Shown: positions 27,325 through 35,531 of the stretch, one piece after another
How positions within the stretch are numbered: the stretch's first letter is position 1
Layout of the letters: each line of letters opens with the position of its first letter
NCBI GenBank assembly: GCA_003854995.1
Contig: RQOI01000083.1
Span: 1 to 36,827, forward strand
DNA length: 36,827 bases
DNA from: Candidatus Zhuqueibacterota bacterium
GTDB lineage: Bacteria > Zhuqueibacterota > Zhuqueibacteria > Residuimicrobiales > Krinioviventaceae
Direction: 5' to 3'
Translations under genes and position numbers: made by a program
Notes under the pieces: model-generated
What the model was told of the DNA's origin: nothing
The model's database searches: none
Seen by the model: only the letters and a program-made list of their open reading frames with translations

Positions 27325-28170
27325 ATGCAATTGAATTCTTATGCCAAAATCAATATTGGCTTACGGATTGTCAGCAAGCGTCTCGATGGCTTCCACAACA
27401 TTGAGACATTTTTCCAGCAAATCGATCTGCACGATACTTTGTGCATCGAGACGGCCGAGGACGGTCAGATCACTCTGCAGACGAGCGGGCGCGATTGTCC
27501 ATCGGATTCCACCAACCTGGCTCATCGCGCTGCCGAGTTGCTCAGAGAGACGATCGGCGACAGATCGCTCGGTTGCCGGATAGAGTTGACAAAGCGCATC
27601 CCGATCGGCGCCGGCTTGGGCGGAGGCAGCAGCAATGCTGGCGTGACCCTCGCGGCGCTCCGGCAATTGTGGCCGAACGCTCTTTCGAGACAGGACATAG
27701 CGGCGTGTGCGGCCAGGCTCGGCTCGGATGTGCCGTTCTTTCTGCAGGGTGGTTTCGCGTTGGGCGAAGGCAAGGGCGACATCCTCACAGCCATTGCAGC
27801 AAAGCTCGACTATTTTGGCCTCCTGGTCTATCCGCACATTCATCTCTCGACGGCATGGGTTTACCGCAACTTTAACTTGACAAGAAAGAATAAAATAGCT
27901 AAATTTAAAAGCTTTATTCCAAAGATTTCGAAACAGCATCTTTGGAGAAAAGAGCTGGGAAATGACTTGACGCAAGTCGTTTTCGCAAAGCATCCTGAAT
28001 TCGCGAGCATTGTAGATCAATTTTACGACTGCGGCGCTTTTTATGCGCAGATGTCCGGAAGCGGATCGACGTTTTTCGGTTTGTTTGCAGAGCGAACGCA
28101 GGCGAGGCGTGCGGCGCATCTTTTCAGGGAGCGATACGAGACGATACCGTTCATTCCCATCAGCCTATAG
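27325..28170 (+). CDS. ispE: 4-diphosphocytidyl-2-C-methyl-D-erythritol kinase
   Basis: 'YAKINIGL', 'KRIPIGAGLGGGSSNA', 'LGSDVPFF' and 'MSGSGSTFFG'. Start at ATG 27325. Confidence 0.95.
   Translation: MQLNSYAKINIGLRIVSKRLDGFHNIETFFQQIDLHDTLCIETAEDGQITLQTSGRDCPSDSTNLAHRAAELLRETIGDRSLGCRIELTKRIPIGAGLGGGSSNAGVTLAALRQLWPNALSRQDIAACAARLGSDVPFFLQGGFALGEGKGDILTAIAAKLDYFGLLVYPHIHLSTAWVYRNFNLTRKNKIAKFKSFIPKISKQHLWRKELGNDLTQVVFAKHPEFASIVDQFYDCGAFYAQMSGSGSTFFGLFAERTQARRAAHLFRERYETIPFIPISL
27877..27905 (+). promoter_or_regulatory. Sigma-70 promoter internal to ispE, upstream of tRNA-Gln/prs
   Basis: TTGACA (27877-82)-N17-TAAATT (27900-05) in an abruptly AT-rich patch of a GC-rich gene. Confidence 0.65.
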
Positions 28171-28242
28171 TGGGGCGTCGGCAAGTGGCAAGCCACTGGG
28201 TTTTGGCTCCAGTATTCGGAGGTTCGAATCCTCCCGCCCCAG
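28171..28242 (+). tRNA. tRNA-Gln (UUG), CCA not encoded
   Basis: Acceptor stem TGGGGCG/CGCCCCA, D arm GGC...GCC, anticodon arm CTGGG-TTTTGGC-TCCAG, T arm GGAGG-TTCGAAT-CCTCC. Confidence 0.96.
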
Positions 28243-28253
28243 CAGCCGAATAT

Positions 28254-28286
28254 GACGAAAGTCGAGCTGATTTTCGTCTTTTTTTT
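28254..28286 (+). terminator. Intrinsic terminator-like hairpin between tRNA-Gln and prs
   Basis: GACGAAAGTC-GAGCT-GATTTTCGTC (10 bp, one G-U) followed by 8 T. Confidence 0.65.
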
Positions 28287-28320
28287 CGTCTCATGACCGT
28301 GTTATAGAGTCAACCTTGAC

Positions 28321-29289
28321 ATGAACACACCGCGCAATGGTGAAGCTAAAATTTTCGCAGGCCGTTCGAATCCCGATCTGGCGCTAAAGATTGCAGAATG
28401 TCTGAACAAACCCATCGGCCATGTCATCACGAAAAATTTTTCCGATGGCGAAATCTGGGTCAAGTATGAAGAGAACATCAGGGGGACGGATGTCTTCATC
28501 GTTCAGTCAACGAACGCGCCGGCAGACAATTTAATAGAGCTGCTCATCATGCTGGACGCGGCGCGGCGATCATCGGCGCATCGCATTACAGCAGTCATTC
28601 CTTATTTTGGTTATGCGCGCCAAGATCGTAAGGATCAGCCGCGAGTCTCCATCACCGCCAAGATGGTCGCCAATCTCATCGTCCATGCGGGCGCGGATCG
28701 GGTTCTCACGCTGGACTTGCATGCGCCGCAAATTCAGGGCTTTTTCGATATACCGCTCGATCATTTGTATGGCGCCACTATTTTCGTCAAGCATATCAAC
28801 GATATGCATCTCAAGGATTTGGTGGTGGTCTCTCCGGACATCGGCGGGGTCCATCTTGCCCGCTCTTATGCCGGTCGACTGAACACCGATTTAGCCCTGC
28901 TGAACAAGAGACGCGTTGGACATAACGTCTGCGCAGTGACCGAAATCATCGGCGATGTCGATGGCAAAAACGTCCTCATCGTTGACGACCTCGTCGATAC
29001 GGGCGGAACGCTGCTCAAAGGAGTGGAAGTGCTGAAAAGCAAAGGTGCAAAAGAGATCTATGTGGCCTGCACGCACCCTGTTCTATCCGGAAACGCGGCC
29101 GAGCAGATCGAGTCCTCGCCCATCACGAAGATTTTTTTCACCGATTCGATTCAATTGCCGCCAGAGCGCATCACGCCCAAAATGCAAATCCTCAGTCTGG
29201 CATCACTTTTTGCTGATTCGATCATTCGAATTCATAATGAAATATCTATTTCTGATCTCTTTCCGCAAAAGAACGGACCAATGCACTAG
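28321..29289 (+). CDS. prs: Ribose-phosphate pyrophosphokinase
   Basis: 'FSDGEI', 'PYFGYARQDRK', 'DLHAPQIQGFF', 'VSPDIGG' and 'VDDLVDTGGTL'. Confidence 0.97.
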   Translation: MNTPRNGEAKIFAGRSNPDLALKIAECLNKPIGHVITKNFSDGEIWVKYEENIRGTDVFIVQSTNAPADNLIELLIMLDAARRSSAHRITAVIPYFGYARQDRKDQPRVSITAKMVANLIVHAGADRVLTLDLHAPQIQGFFDIPLDHLYGATIFVKHINDMHLKDLVVVSPDIGGVHLARSYAGRLNTDLALLNKRRVGHNVCAVTEIIGDVDGKNVLIVDDLVDTGGTLLKGVEVLKSKGAKEIYVACTHPVLSGNAAEQIESSPITKIFFTDSIQLPPERITPKMQILSLASLFADSIIRIHNEISISDLFPQKNGPMH

Positions 29290-29319
29290 GTGTGAAAATT
29301 TACTTATTGGAGATATAAC

Positions 29320-29958
29320 ATGTCGGATATCACTTTAAATGTCGAAACACGCCAGGGAACTGGCACCCAGATGGCAAAAAAATTGCGCAGCCAGAATAAA
29401 ATTCCCGGCATCTATTATTTTCACGGCAGTAAAAGCATTCCTTTGTCCCTGGAGCGCACCGAGTTGCGCTCGATATGGGGCCATGAATCGGGCTTGATTG
29501 AAGTCATTTTCGATGGCAAAGAGCACAAAAAGTGCGTCATCCGTGACATCCAGTTCGATCCGATCAAAGGCACTCCCATCCATGTCGATTTTCTGGGCAT
29601 CAAGATGACTGAAAAGCTGACCGTTCGCACGCCCATCACACTCGTAGGGACATCGATCGGTGTGAAAAATAATGGCGGCATCCTGCAACAAGTGGTGCGC
29701 GAACTGGAAATAGAGTGTCTGCCGGCAGATATTCCGGATCACATTGAGATTGATGTCACGGCACTCGAAATTGGCGACAGCATATCTGTGTCTGATATCG
29801 TGCCGGAGAATTATACGATTCTGGCGGATCCGACAACCGCGCTCGTCACGGTGAGCGCACCGCGGATAATTGAAACTGAGGCTGAGGTGGCAGTTGAAGA
29901 AACCGCCGAACCGGAAGTCATCACACAGCGAGCCGCGGAGCCAAAGCAAGAGGACTGA
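29320..29958 (+). CDS. rplY: 50S ribosomal protein bL25/Ctc (long form)
   Basis: 'KIPGIYY', 'IQFDPIKGTPIHVDF', 'GGILQQ', 'CLPADIP' and 'LEIGDSI'; lies between prs and pth. Confidence 0.95.
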   Translation: MSDITLNVETRQGTGTQMAKKLRSQNKIPGIYYFHGSKSIPLSLERTELRSIWGHESGLIEVIFDGKEHKKCVIRDIQFDPIKGTPIHVDFLGIKMTEKLTVRTPITLVGTSIGVKNNGGILQQVVRELEIECLPADIPDHIEIDVTALEIGDSISVSDIVPENYTILADPTTALVTVSAPRIIETEAEVAVEETAEPEVITQRAAEPKQED

Positions 29959-29969
29959 TATCTATCCAT

Positions 29970-30566
29970 ATGTCCGAAAAATACATGATTGTCGGTCTTG
30001 GAAATCCGGGATCAGAGTACGAAAAGACGCGTCATAATATCGGTTATATGGTTGTTGATCGCCTGGCGCAAGAGTTCAATGCGTCGTTTAAAAAAGGTCG
30101 TGCCGGCTGTTATTATCATGCGACCGCAGTGATAGAAGGCCAGCCCGCGATCGTGGCCAAGCCGCTCACTTTTATGAACAACAGCGGCGTCGCGGTGGCG
30201 CGCCTTTTAGACTATTACGACATTCATCTGTCGCGTTTGTTGGTCATTTTTGATGAAGTTGACCTGCCATTTGGTCGCCTGCGCCTGCGGAAGCAGGGCG
30301 GCTCTGGTGGGCACCACGGCATCGACTCCATCATACAATATGTGAATTCAAATGAGTTTGCTCGTTTGCGCATCGGCATCGGGACTGAATACGCAAAGAA
30401 GGACATGATAAAGTTTGTCTTGTCCGACTTTTCCAGAAATGAGCAGCAAGAGCTCGACGCTGTCATAGCGACGGCCATCAGGGTCATCGTCAGTTTTATA
30501 GGCAACGGAATTGAGAGAACGATGAGCACCTTCAATCAGACGCCACCGGAAGCTCAATCGCTGTGA
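29970..30566 (+). CDS. pth: Peptidyl-tRNA hydrolase
   Basis: 'IVGLGNPG.EY..TRHNIG', 'KPLTFMNNSG', 'GGSGGHHG' and 'RLRIGIG'. Confidence 0.96.
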   Translation: MSEKYMIVGLGNPGSEYEKTRHNIGYMVVDRLAQEFNASFKKGRAGCYYHATAVIEGQPAIVAKPLTFMNNSGVAVARLLDYYDIHLSRLLVIFDEVDLPFGRLRLRKQGGSGGHHGIDSIIQYVNSNEFARLRIGIGTEYAKKDMIKFVLSDFSRNEQQELDAVIATAIRVIVSFIGNGIERTMSTFNQTPPEAQSL

Positions 30567-30710
30567 CGATCTCGCCGATGAGCTCTTGCAGTGGGTGGCT
30601 GCTGTTTCTGCGATTTCCATTCTTCCCCCGCCGAAAAAGGCCCTTGCGCGGAGCACTTGAGGATTGATTAGATTCTGATTTTCATGTACCTTAAAAAAAC
30701 GGAGGATAAT

Positions 30711-31214
30711 TTGCAAAAGTATGAAACAATCTTTATCATCGATTCACTGCTGAAAAGTGAAGAAATTGACAGCATCATCAACAAGTACGAACGTTTTCTG
30801 TCCGCAAATGGCGGTCAGATCGAGACGGTCGAACGGTGGGGCAAGAAGCGGCTGGCCTACGAGATAAAAAAACGCCAGTATGGCTATTACGTCGTCATTC
30901 GCTTTTCTGGTCCGCCGACAATGATCAAACAACTGGAACGCGAATACAGATTGAACGAATCCTTGCTGCGCTTTAAGACTCTGGCAATGCCCAAAGGTGC
31001 TGTTCAAGCCGTGGAATCAAAAATCGCTGCCGACAAAACGCAAAAGCCGGAAGCTGCCGTTGAAAAGGCGCCGCTGCCAGAACCCCAAGCTGCAACAGAT
31101 GTCGCTGATGATGCAGCAGCTGGCCCGGCAAGTGAGCCGCAATCGGTCGAATCGGCCCAGGAAACAGCCGACGACGAGACGGCGAACGCCACGGCTGAAA
31201 ATAAAGCTGAATGA
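30711..31214 (+). CDS. rpsF: 30S ribosomal protein S6 with a long acidic/Ala-rich tail
   Basis: TTG start after GGAGG; 'KYETIFI' and 'WGKKRLAYEIKK..YGYY'. Confidence 0.95.
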   Translation: MQKYETIFIIDSLLKSEEIDSIINKYERFLSANGGQIETVERWGKKRLAYEIKKRQYGYYVVIRFSGPPTMIKQLEREYRLNESLLRFKTLAMPKGAVQAVESKIAADKTQKPEAAVEKAPLPEPQAATDVADDAAAGPASEPQSVESAQETADDETANATAENKAE

Positions 31215-31261
31215 CGAGCGTTCATGAACTGATTTCATAACCGGACGATAGGAGTCCAGGA

Positions 31262-31720
31262 ATGCCAGATTTAAAAATGCCGGACATCAATAACGTTCTG
31301 ATTGCCGGCAATGTCAGTAACGAGCCGACGCTGCGGCGCACATCGAGTGGTACGCCGGTGGCCAATTTTTATATCAGCTCAAATCGAAAGTATAGAGACA
31401 ATTCGGGTATCTGGCGAGAAAACGTATGTCATGTGGGCATCGTCGCGTGGCACAAACTCGCTGAAACATGTATCACAACGCTGAAGGTCGGCAGCTCTGT
31501 ACTCATCGACGGTGAACTGCAGAGTCGCAGCTGGAAAAATGATGACGGATCGACTCGCAGTGTCGTCGAGATCAGGGCGCGGCGGATCCAATTCCTTGAA
31601 CCAGGCATGACCCAGGATGTGGAAGAACTCGCCACTGAAAGATCCGAGCCAAAGATGGATACACTGCAACAGATTGAACCGACTGAATTTGATTTTGGTT
31701 ACCAGAATTTGAAAATTTAA
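31262..31720 (+). CDS. ssb: Single-stranded DNA-binding protein
   Basis: 'INNVLIAGN..EP.LR.T.SG.PVANF', 'VAW.KLAE' and 'GELQSRSW'; rpsF-ssb-rpsR context. Confidence 0.9.
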   Translation: MPDLKMPDINNVLIAGNVSNEPTLRRTSSGTPVANFYISSNRKYRDNSGIWRENVCHVGIVAWHKLAETCITTLKVGSSVLIDGELQSRSWKNDDGSTRSVVEIRARRIQFLEPGMTQDVEELATERSEPKMDTLQQIEPTEFDFGYQNLKI

Positions 31721-31738
31721 AGGACAGAGAGGGTGCAT

Positions 31739-31960
31739 ATGCTGAAAAAGAAAAGAATTTGCCGATTTTGTGAAGAAAGAATCGACTATATTGATTTCAA
31801 AGATGAAAAACGATTGAGCCGTTTCACAACCGAGCAGGGCAAAATTATACCCCGCCGTACGAGCGGGACGTGTGCAAAACACCAACGTCAGCTCGTCAAA
31901 TCGATAAAAATCGCTCGTGAACTTGCATTGATTCCGTACATTTCAGACATGGCCAAGTAA
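31739..31960 (+). CDS. rpsR: 30S ribosomal protein S18 (Zn-binding form)
   Basis: 'CRFC', 'IDFKD' and '[17 protein letters not shown]'. Confidence 0.96.
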   Translation: MLKKKRICRFCEERIDYIDFKDEKRLSRFTTEQGKIIPRRTSGTCAKHQRQLVKSIKIARELALIPYISDMAK

Positions 31961-31982
31961 TCATAGAATAGGAAAGCTGCGA

Positions 31983-32426
31983 ATGAAAATTATCTTGAAA
32001 AAAGACATGGAAAAGCTCGGAAAAGCCGGCGAAATTGTCGTGACGAAAACCGGATATGCGAGGAACTATCTGATCCCACAAGGCTTTGCAATAGCGGCAT
32101 CACCAGCAAATTTAAAGATATATGAACAAGAACGCCTGGCAGAACAGCGAATCATGCAAAAAGAGATGCTGGAAGCTCAAGCCCTGGCCGAAGAACTCGA
32201 CAAGGTTTCGATCACTGCCACCGTCCAAGTCGGAGAAGAAGACAAAGTCTTTGGCGCTGTCACAAACCAGCACATCGCTGACCTGCTGAAAGAGAAGGGT
32301 TTTGATATCGATCGTAAAAAAATCATCCTCGAAGAACCGCTGAAAGCTCTTGGCGTCTTTGAGGTCCCGATTAAACTCCATAGCGAAGTCGAAGCACGAA
32401 TCAAAGTCTGGATTGTGAGAGAATAG
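31983..32426 (+). CDS. rplI: 50S ribosomal protein L9
   Basis: 'MKIIL...LGKAGEIV..KTGYARNYLIPQG', 'FGAVT' and 'KLHSEV'. Confidence 0.96.
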   Translation: MKIILKKDMEKLGKAGEIVVTKTGYARNYLIPQGFAIAASPANLKIYEQERLAEQRIMQKEMLEAQALAEELDKVSITATVQVGEEDKVFGAVTNQHIADLLKEKGFDIDRKKIILEEPLKALGVFEVPIKLHSEVEARIKVWIVRE

Positions 32427-32452
32427 GGGGCCAAATCCTGGGCGAAACCACC

Positions 32453-33166
32453 ATGTTCTTTTGGAGCCTATTACTAGCCCACGTGATTGGCGATTTTCCT
32501 CTGCAGACTGATGCGATCTTTCGTCTGAAGACGAGATATTCCTGGGGTGTGTTGCCGCATGTCCTCATCTGCTCAATCGTCAACACCCTGGTGCTCATCC
32601 CCTATCTGAGCAACATCAGAACGTGGATGGCCATCTTTCTCCTCGGATTCATTCATATCGTTTTGGATCGGACGAAAATAAGCGTTTCGGAAAAAATTTC
32701 AAGAGACAATTTTTTTCAGTTTTTCATCGATCAGGCGCTGCACGTTTTTTCTGTCTGGCTCGTCGCTCTCTGGTTGTCAAAGACGGTCAATAGAGAGGAC
32801 TATGCCGTCGTCGGTATTTTAGCCAACCGCGATCTCATCATACAACTGACAGCGTATATTTTCGCGGCTTTTGCCGGAGTCCCCATTATCTTTTACGCGC
32901 TCAAATTTTGGCTCAAATTTAAACACAGCGCGCTACCCGTCTTGTACCCAAATTTTCTGCAGCGCGTGCCCGGCTATTTTGAACGATTCCTCGCCACATT
33001 GGGAGTTGTCTGGAGCGGCTGGTGGCTCCTCCTGACAATAGGCGCCTTCCTGCCGCGACTCATACTCAAATGGAGGGATGCAGACCGCCCCATCATGAGC
33101 AGAACTGCGGCTGTTGGCTTGCTCCTGAGTCTGTTGTGCGGCATTGCTGTTCATCTTTTAACCTAG
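32453..33166 (+). CDS. DUF3307-like integral membrane protein
   Basis: 'LLLAHVIGDFPLQT', 'H..LD..K' and 'FFIDQALH' His/Asp motifs, with several TM helices. Confidence 0.8.
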   Translation: MFFWSLLLAHVIGDFPLQTDAIFRLKTRYSWGVLPHVLICSIVNTLVLIPYLSNIRTWMAIFLLGFIHIVLDRTKISVSEKISRDNFFQFFIDQALHVFSVWLVALWLSKTVNREDYAVVGILANRDLIIQLTAYIFAAFAGVPIIFYALKFWLKFKHSALPVLYPNFLQRVPGYFERFLATLGVVWSGWWLLLTIGAFLPRLILKWRDADRPIMSRTAAVGLLLSLLCGIAVHLLT

Positions 33167-33185
33167 CGCAATCTGAAAAAATTGA

Positions 33186-33214
33186 TTGACTTTCAGATAA
33201 TTAACCCGTAGTTT
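33186..33214 (+). promoter_or_regulatory. Putative sigma-70 promoter for the 63-aa gene and downstream genes
   Basis: TTGACT-N17-TAGTTT in an AT-rich intergenic region, flanked by two inverted repeats. Confidence 0.6.
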
Positions 33215-33277
33215 TAATAATAACAATATTAGAGGTAATTTCTAATCATCCGATAGAGTACAAGCCAGGAAAAAGAA

Positions 33278-33469
33278 ATGGAAAACTCGTATCCCGCATG
33301 CTTAAAATGCAATATTGGCGTTCTCATTCCACTCTCAGATTACGGTCGAGAAGGCTCCTCCATCCGCTATAAAGCGTGGGTATGCACCAATCCGGAATGC
33401 GGATTCAGCATTCGCATCGATAACGGTGAAATCAGCCGCGGCAGTGAGATTCGAATGGCCACCAAGTAA
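33278..33469 (+). CDS. Small Zn-ribbon-like protein (63 aa)
   Basis: CxxC ('CLKC') plus CxxxxC ('CTNPEC'); AGGA RBS; fills an otherwise empty gap behind its own promoter. Confidence 0.75.
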   Translation: MENSYPACLKCNIGVLIPLSDYGREGSSIRYKAWVCTNPECGFSIRIDNGEISRGSEIRMATK

Positions 33470-33534
33470 AAGACCAACCGGGGATGTCTCACACTCTAAC
33501 AATTTTCTCCTGATTTGATTGAAGACTATGTTGT

Positions 33535-34503
33535 ATGACCTATAACCGCACAGCCTTTCAAAGAGAAAAGAATTTTTGGCATCAACACAAGATCAAGATT
33601 TTTTCGACATTGCTGGCGATTCTCATCTGGTTTCTCGTGGTCACAGGAAATGTATACGAATACGAGACAACCATCCCGATCGAACTGAGCCAAAATAATC
33701 CCGACTATATCATCACTTCCAAAATTCCGACTAAAGCCCACATCATTTTGCAGGGATCAGGACGCTATTTGTTCAGCTATATGCTGTTTCGGGAAGCGCG
33801 CTTGCGTCTGGACGTCAATTGGTCGCCGGGTGAGCATATCCTGCACCCTTCACGTGAAAATATCTTCCTCTCCGGCAATGCCAAAAATCTTCTCATCAGA
33901 CATTTCCTGGGGCCGGATTCAATCCATTACCGAGTCGAAAGGTTGGTGACGTTGAAAATTCCGGTTCGGAACAATATCGTCTTGAAACCACAGCCTGGCT
34001 ATACGATTGTCGGAGATGTCATCATGGAGCCGGATTCTGTTCGAGTTCAGGGTCCGGAAAAACTCGTCGCCCAACTGGACTCTCTGGACACCCCAAGCCA
34101 GGTGCGCGACAACTTGAGATTCCGAATTCAGGAAGAAATTTCCCTGCTCCAGCCGGATGACGGACAAATCAAAATTCTGGATCCAAAGGTGACAATTGCG
34201 GCCGACGTTCAACGGCTCTTGGAAAAAGTCATTCATCAGATTCCCGTCACCGTTCGCTACCTGCCGCAGAACATCGATGCGCTCGTTCATCCAACCCACA
34301 TCTCGATCAAAGTTCAGGGCGGCATGCAGAGGATCTCGCTCTTGAATGCGAATGACATCAATGCCTACGTCGAATATCAAAGCCTGCCTGACTCGATGCT
34401 GACCAATGCAGCCATCAGCATAGAACCAATCTCGGGAGTTACCTTTCGAGAGCTCAGTTCGGAACGCGCTAAAATTACATTCATCCGCAACAGAGATCAA
34501 TAG
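33535..34503 (+). CDS. YbbR/CdaR-like membrane-anchored protein
   Basis: 'KIFSTLLAILIWFLV' anchor and YbbR-type repeats ('KIPV...PQPGY......PDSVRVQGP', 'IPV......HPTHISIKVQG'). Confidence 0.8.
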   Translation: MTYNRTAFQREKNFWHQHKIKIFSTLLAILIWFLVVTGNVYEYETTIPIELSQNNPDYIITSKIPTKAHIILQGSGRYLFSYMLFREARLRLDVNWSPGEHILHPSRENIFLSGNAKNLLIRHFLGPDSIHYRVERLVTLKIPVRNNIVLKPQPGYTIVGDVIMEPDSVRVQGPEKLVAQLDSLDTPSQVRDNLRFRIQEEISLLQPDDGQIKILDPKVTIAADVQRLLEKVIHQIPVTVRYLPQNIDALVHPTHISIKVQGGMQRISLLNANDINAYVEYQSLPDSMLTNAAISIEPISGVTFRELSSERAKITFIRNRDQ

Positions 34504-35523
34504 ATGATGCATATGACCGTATTGGGCATCGAGACATCGTGCGACGAGACAAGCGCTGCTGTTGTGAACGATCAGGCGATTCTGTCTAATATCATCAGGA
34601 CGCAGACCATTCATCAAAATTACGGCGGCGTCGTCCCCGAGTTTGCCTCGCGCGCCCACCTGAAACAACTCGTGCCGATCATCAACATGGCCCTGGCAGA
34701 GGCGGAGCTGAGCCTCTGCGATCTGGACGGCATTGCGGTCACGCACGGCCCTGGATTGGCCGGCTCACTCCTGGTGGGACTCGGCGTCGCGAAAGGACTG
34801 GCTCTCAGCCTGAATATACCCTTCATTGGCGTCAATCACATAGAGGGACATATCGTCGCCGGCGCCGGCGAGTCTCCGGCTATCGATCACCCCTATATAG
34901 CAATGGTCGCTTCAGGTGGACACTCGCTGCTGATTTTTGTGGAAAAGCCGTGCAGCTATAAAATAATTGGCCAAACGATAGACGATGCCGCAGGTGAAGC
35001 ATTTGACAAGGTGGCAAAAGTGCTGGAGCTTGGTTACCCCGGCGGACCTCTCATCGAAAAAAAAGCACGGGAGGGAAATGATCAAGCCGTCAATTTTCCC
35101 CGGGCGCTCCTGGACAAGAACAACCTCGATTTCAGCTTCAGCGGCCTGAAAACATCTGTCCTCTACTATGTCCAGAATAAAAAGCGCCGCGCTGAGACGT
35201 TCTCTGTCGCCGATGTCGCGGCAAGTTTCCAGAAAGCCGTTGTGGACGTACTGGTCGAAAAATCATTTCGCGCATTAGGCCTCTACGGCTGCAAGCAACT
35301 CGTCCTCGCCGGCGGCGTCATTCGAAACAGCGCACTGCGTGCAGAATTCGAATCCAGATGCGCGCGGGAACAGATTGTACTGCGCATCCCCGATCCCGTT
35401 CTCTGCACGGACAACGCCGGGATGATCGCTCGCGCCGGGCACTTTCGCCTGCAACGGGGCGAGCGCTCAGACTTTGGCCTGGATGTTCATCCAAATCTGT
35501 CTATCGAAAGAGATCTGGCATGA
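34504..35523 (+). CDS. tsaD: tRNA N6-threonylcarbamoyltransferase subunit
   Basis: 'LGIETSCDETSAA', 'GGVVPEFASRAH', 'HIEGH', 'DDAAGEAFDK', 'FSFSGLKT' and 'CTDNAGMIA'. Start could be 34504, 34507 or 34513. Confidence 0.97.
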   Translation: MMHMTVLGIETSCDETSAAVVNDQAILSNIIRTQTIHQNYGGVVPEFASRAHLKQLVPIINMALAEAELSLCDLDGIAVTHGPGLAGSLLVGLGVAKGLALSLNIPFIGVNHIEGHIVAGAGESPAIDHPYIAMVASGGHSLLIFVEKPCSYKIIGQTIDDAAGEAFDKVAKVLELGYPGGPLIEKKAREGNDQAVNFPRALLDKNNLDFSFSGLKTSVLYYVQNKKRRAETFSVADVAASFQKAVVDVLVEKSFRALGLYGCKQLVLAGGVIRNSALRAEFESRCAREQIVLRIPDPVLCTDNAGMIARAGHFRLQRGERSDFGLDVHPNLSIERDLA

Positions 35524-35531
35524 TTGTCAAA

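Noticed and set aside
27361-28119. 252-aa minus-strand ORF
   Set aside because: Antisense shadow of ispE.
30567-30710. Possible S6:S18-binding leader RNA or promoter upstream of rpsF
   Set aside because: The location fits and CCCTTGC is present, but I could not build a convincing stem sequestering the RBS or a well-spaced promoter. An Rfam/Infernal search is needed.
33919-34746. 275-aa minus-strand ORF
   Set aside because: Antisense shadow spanning the ybbR-like gene and tsaD; no motifs.
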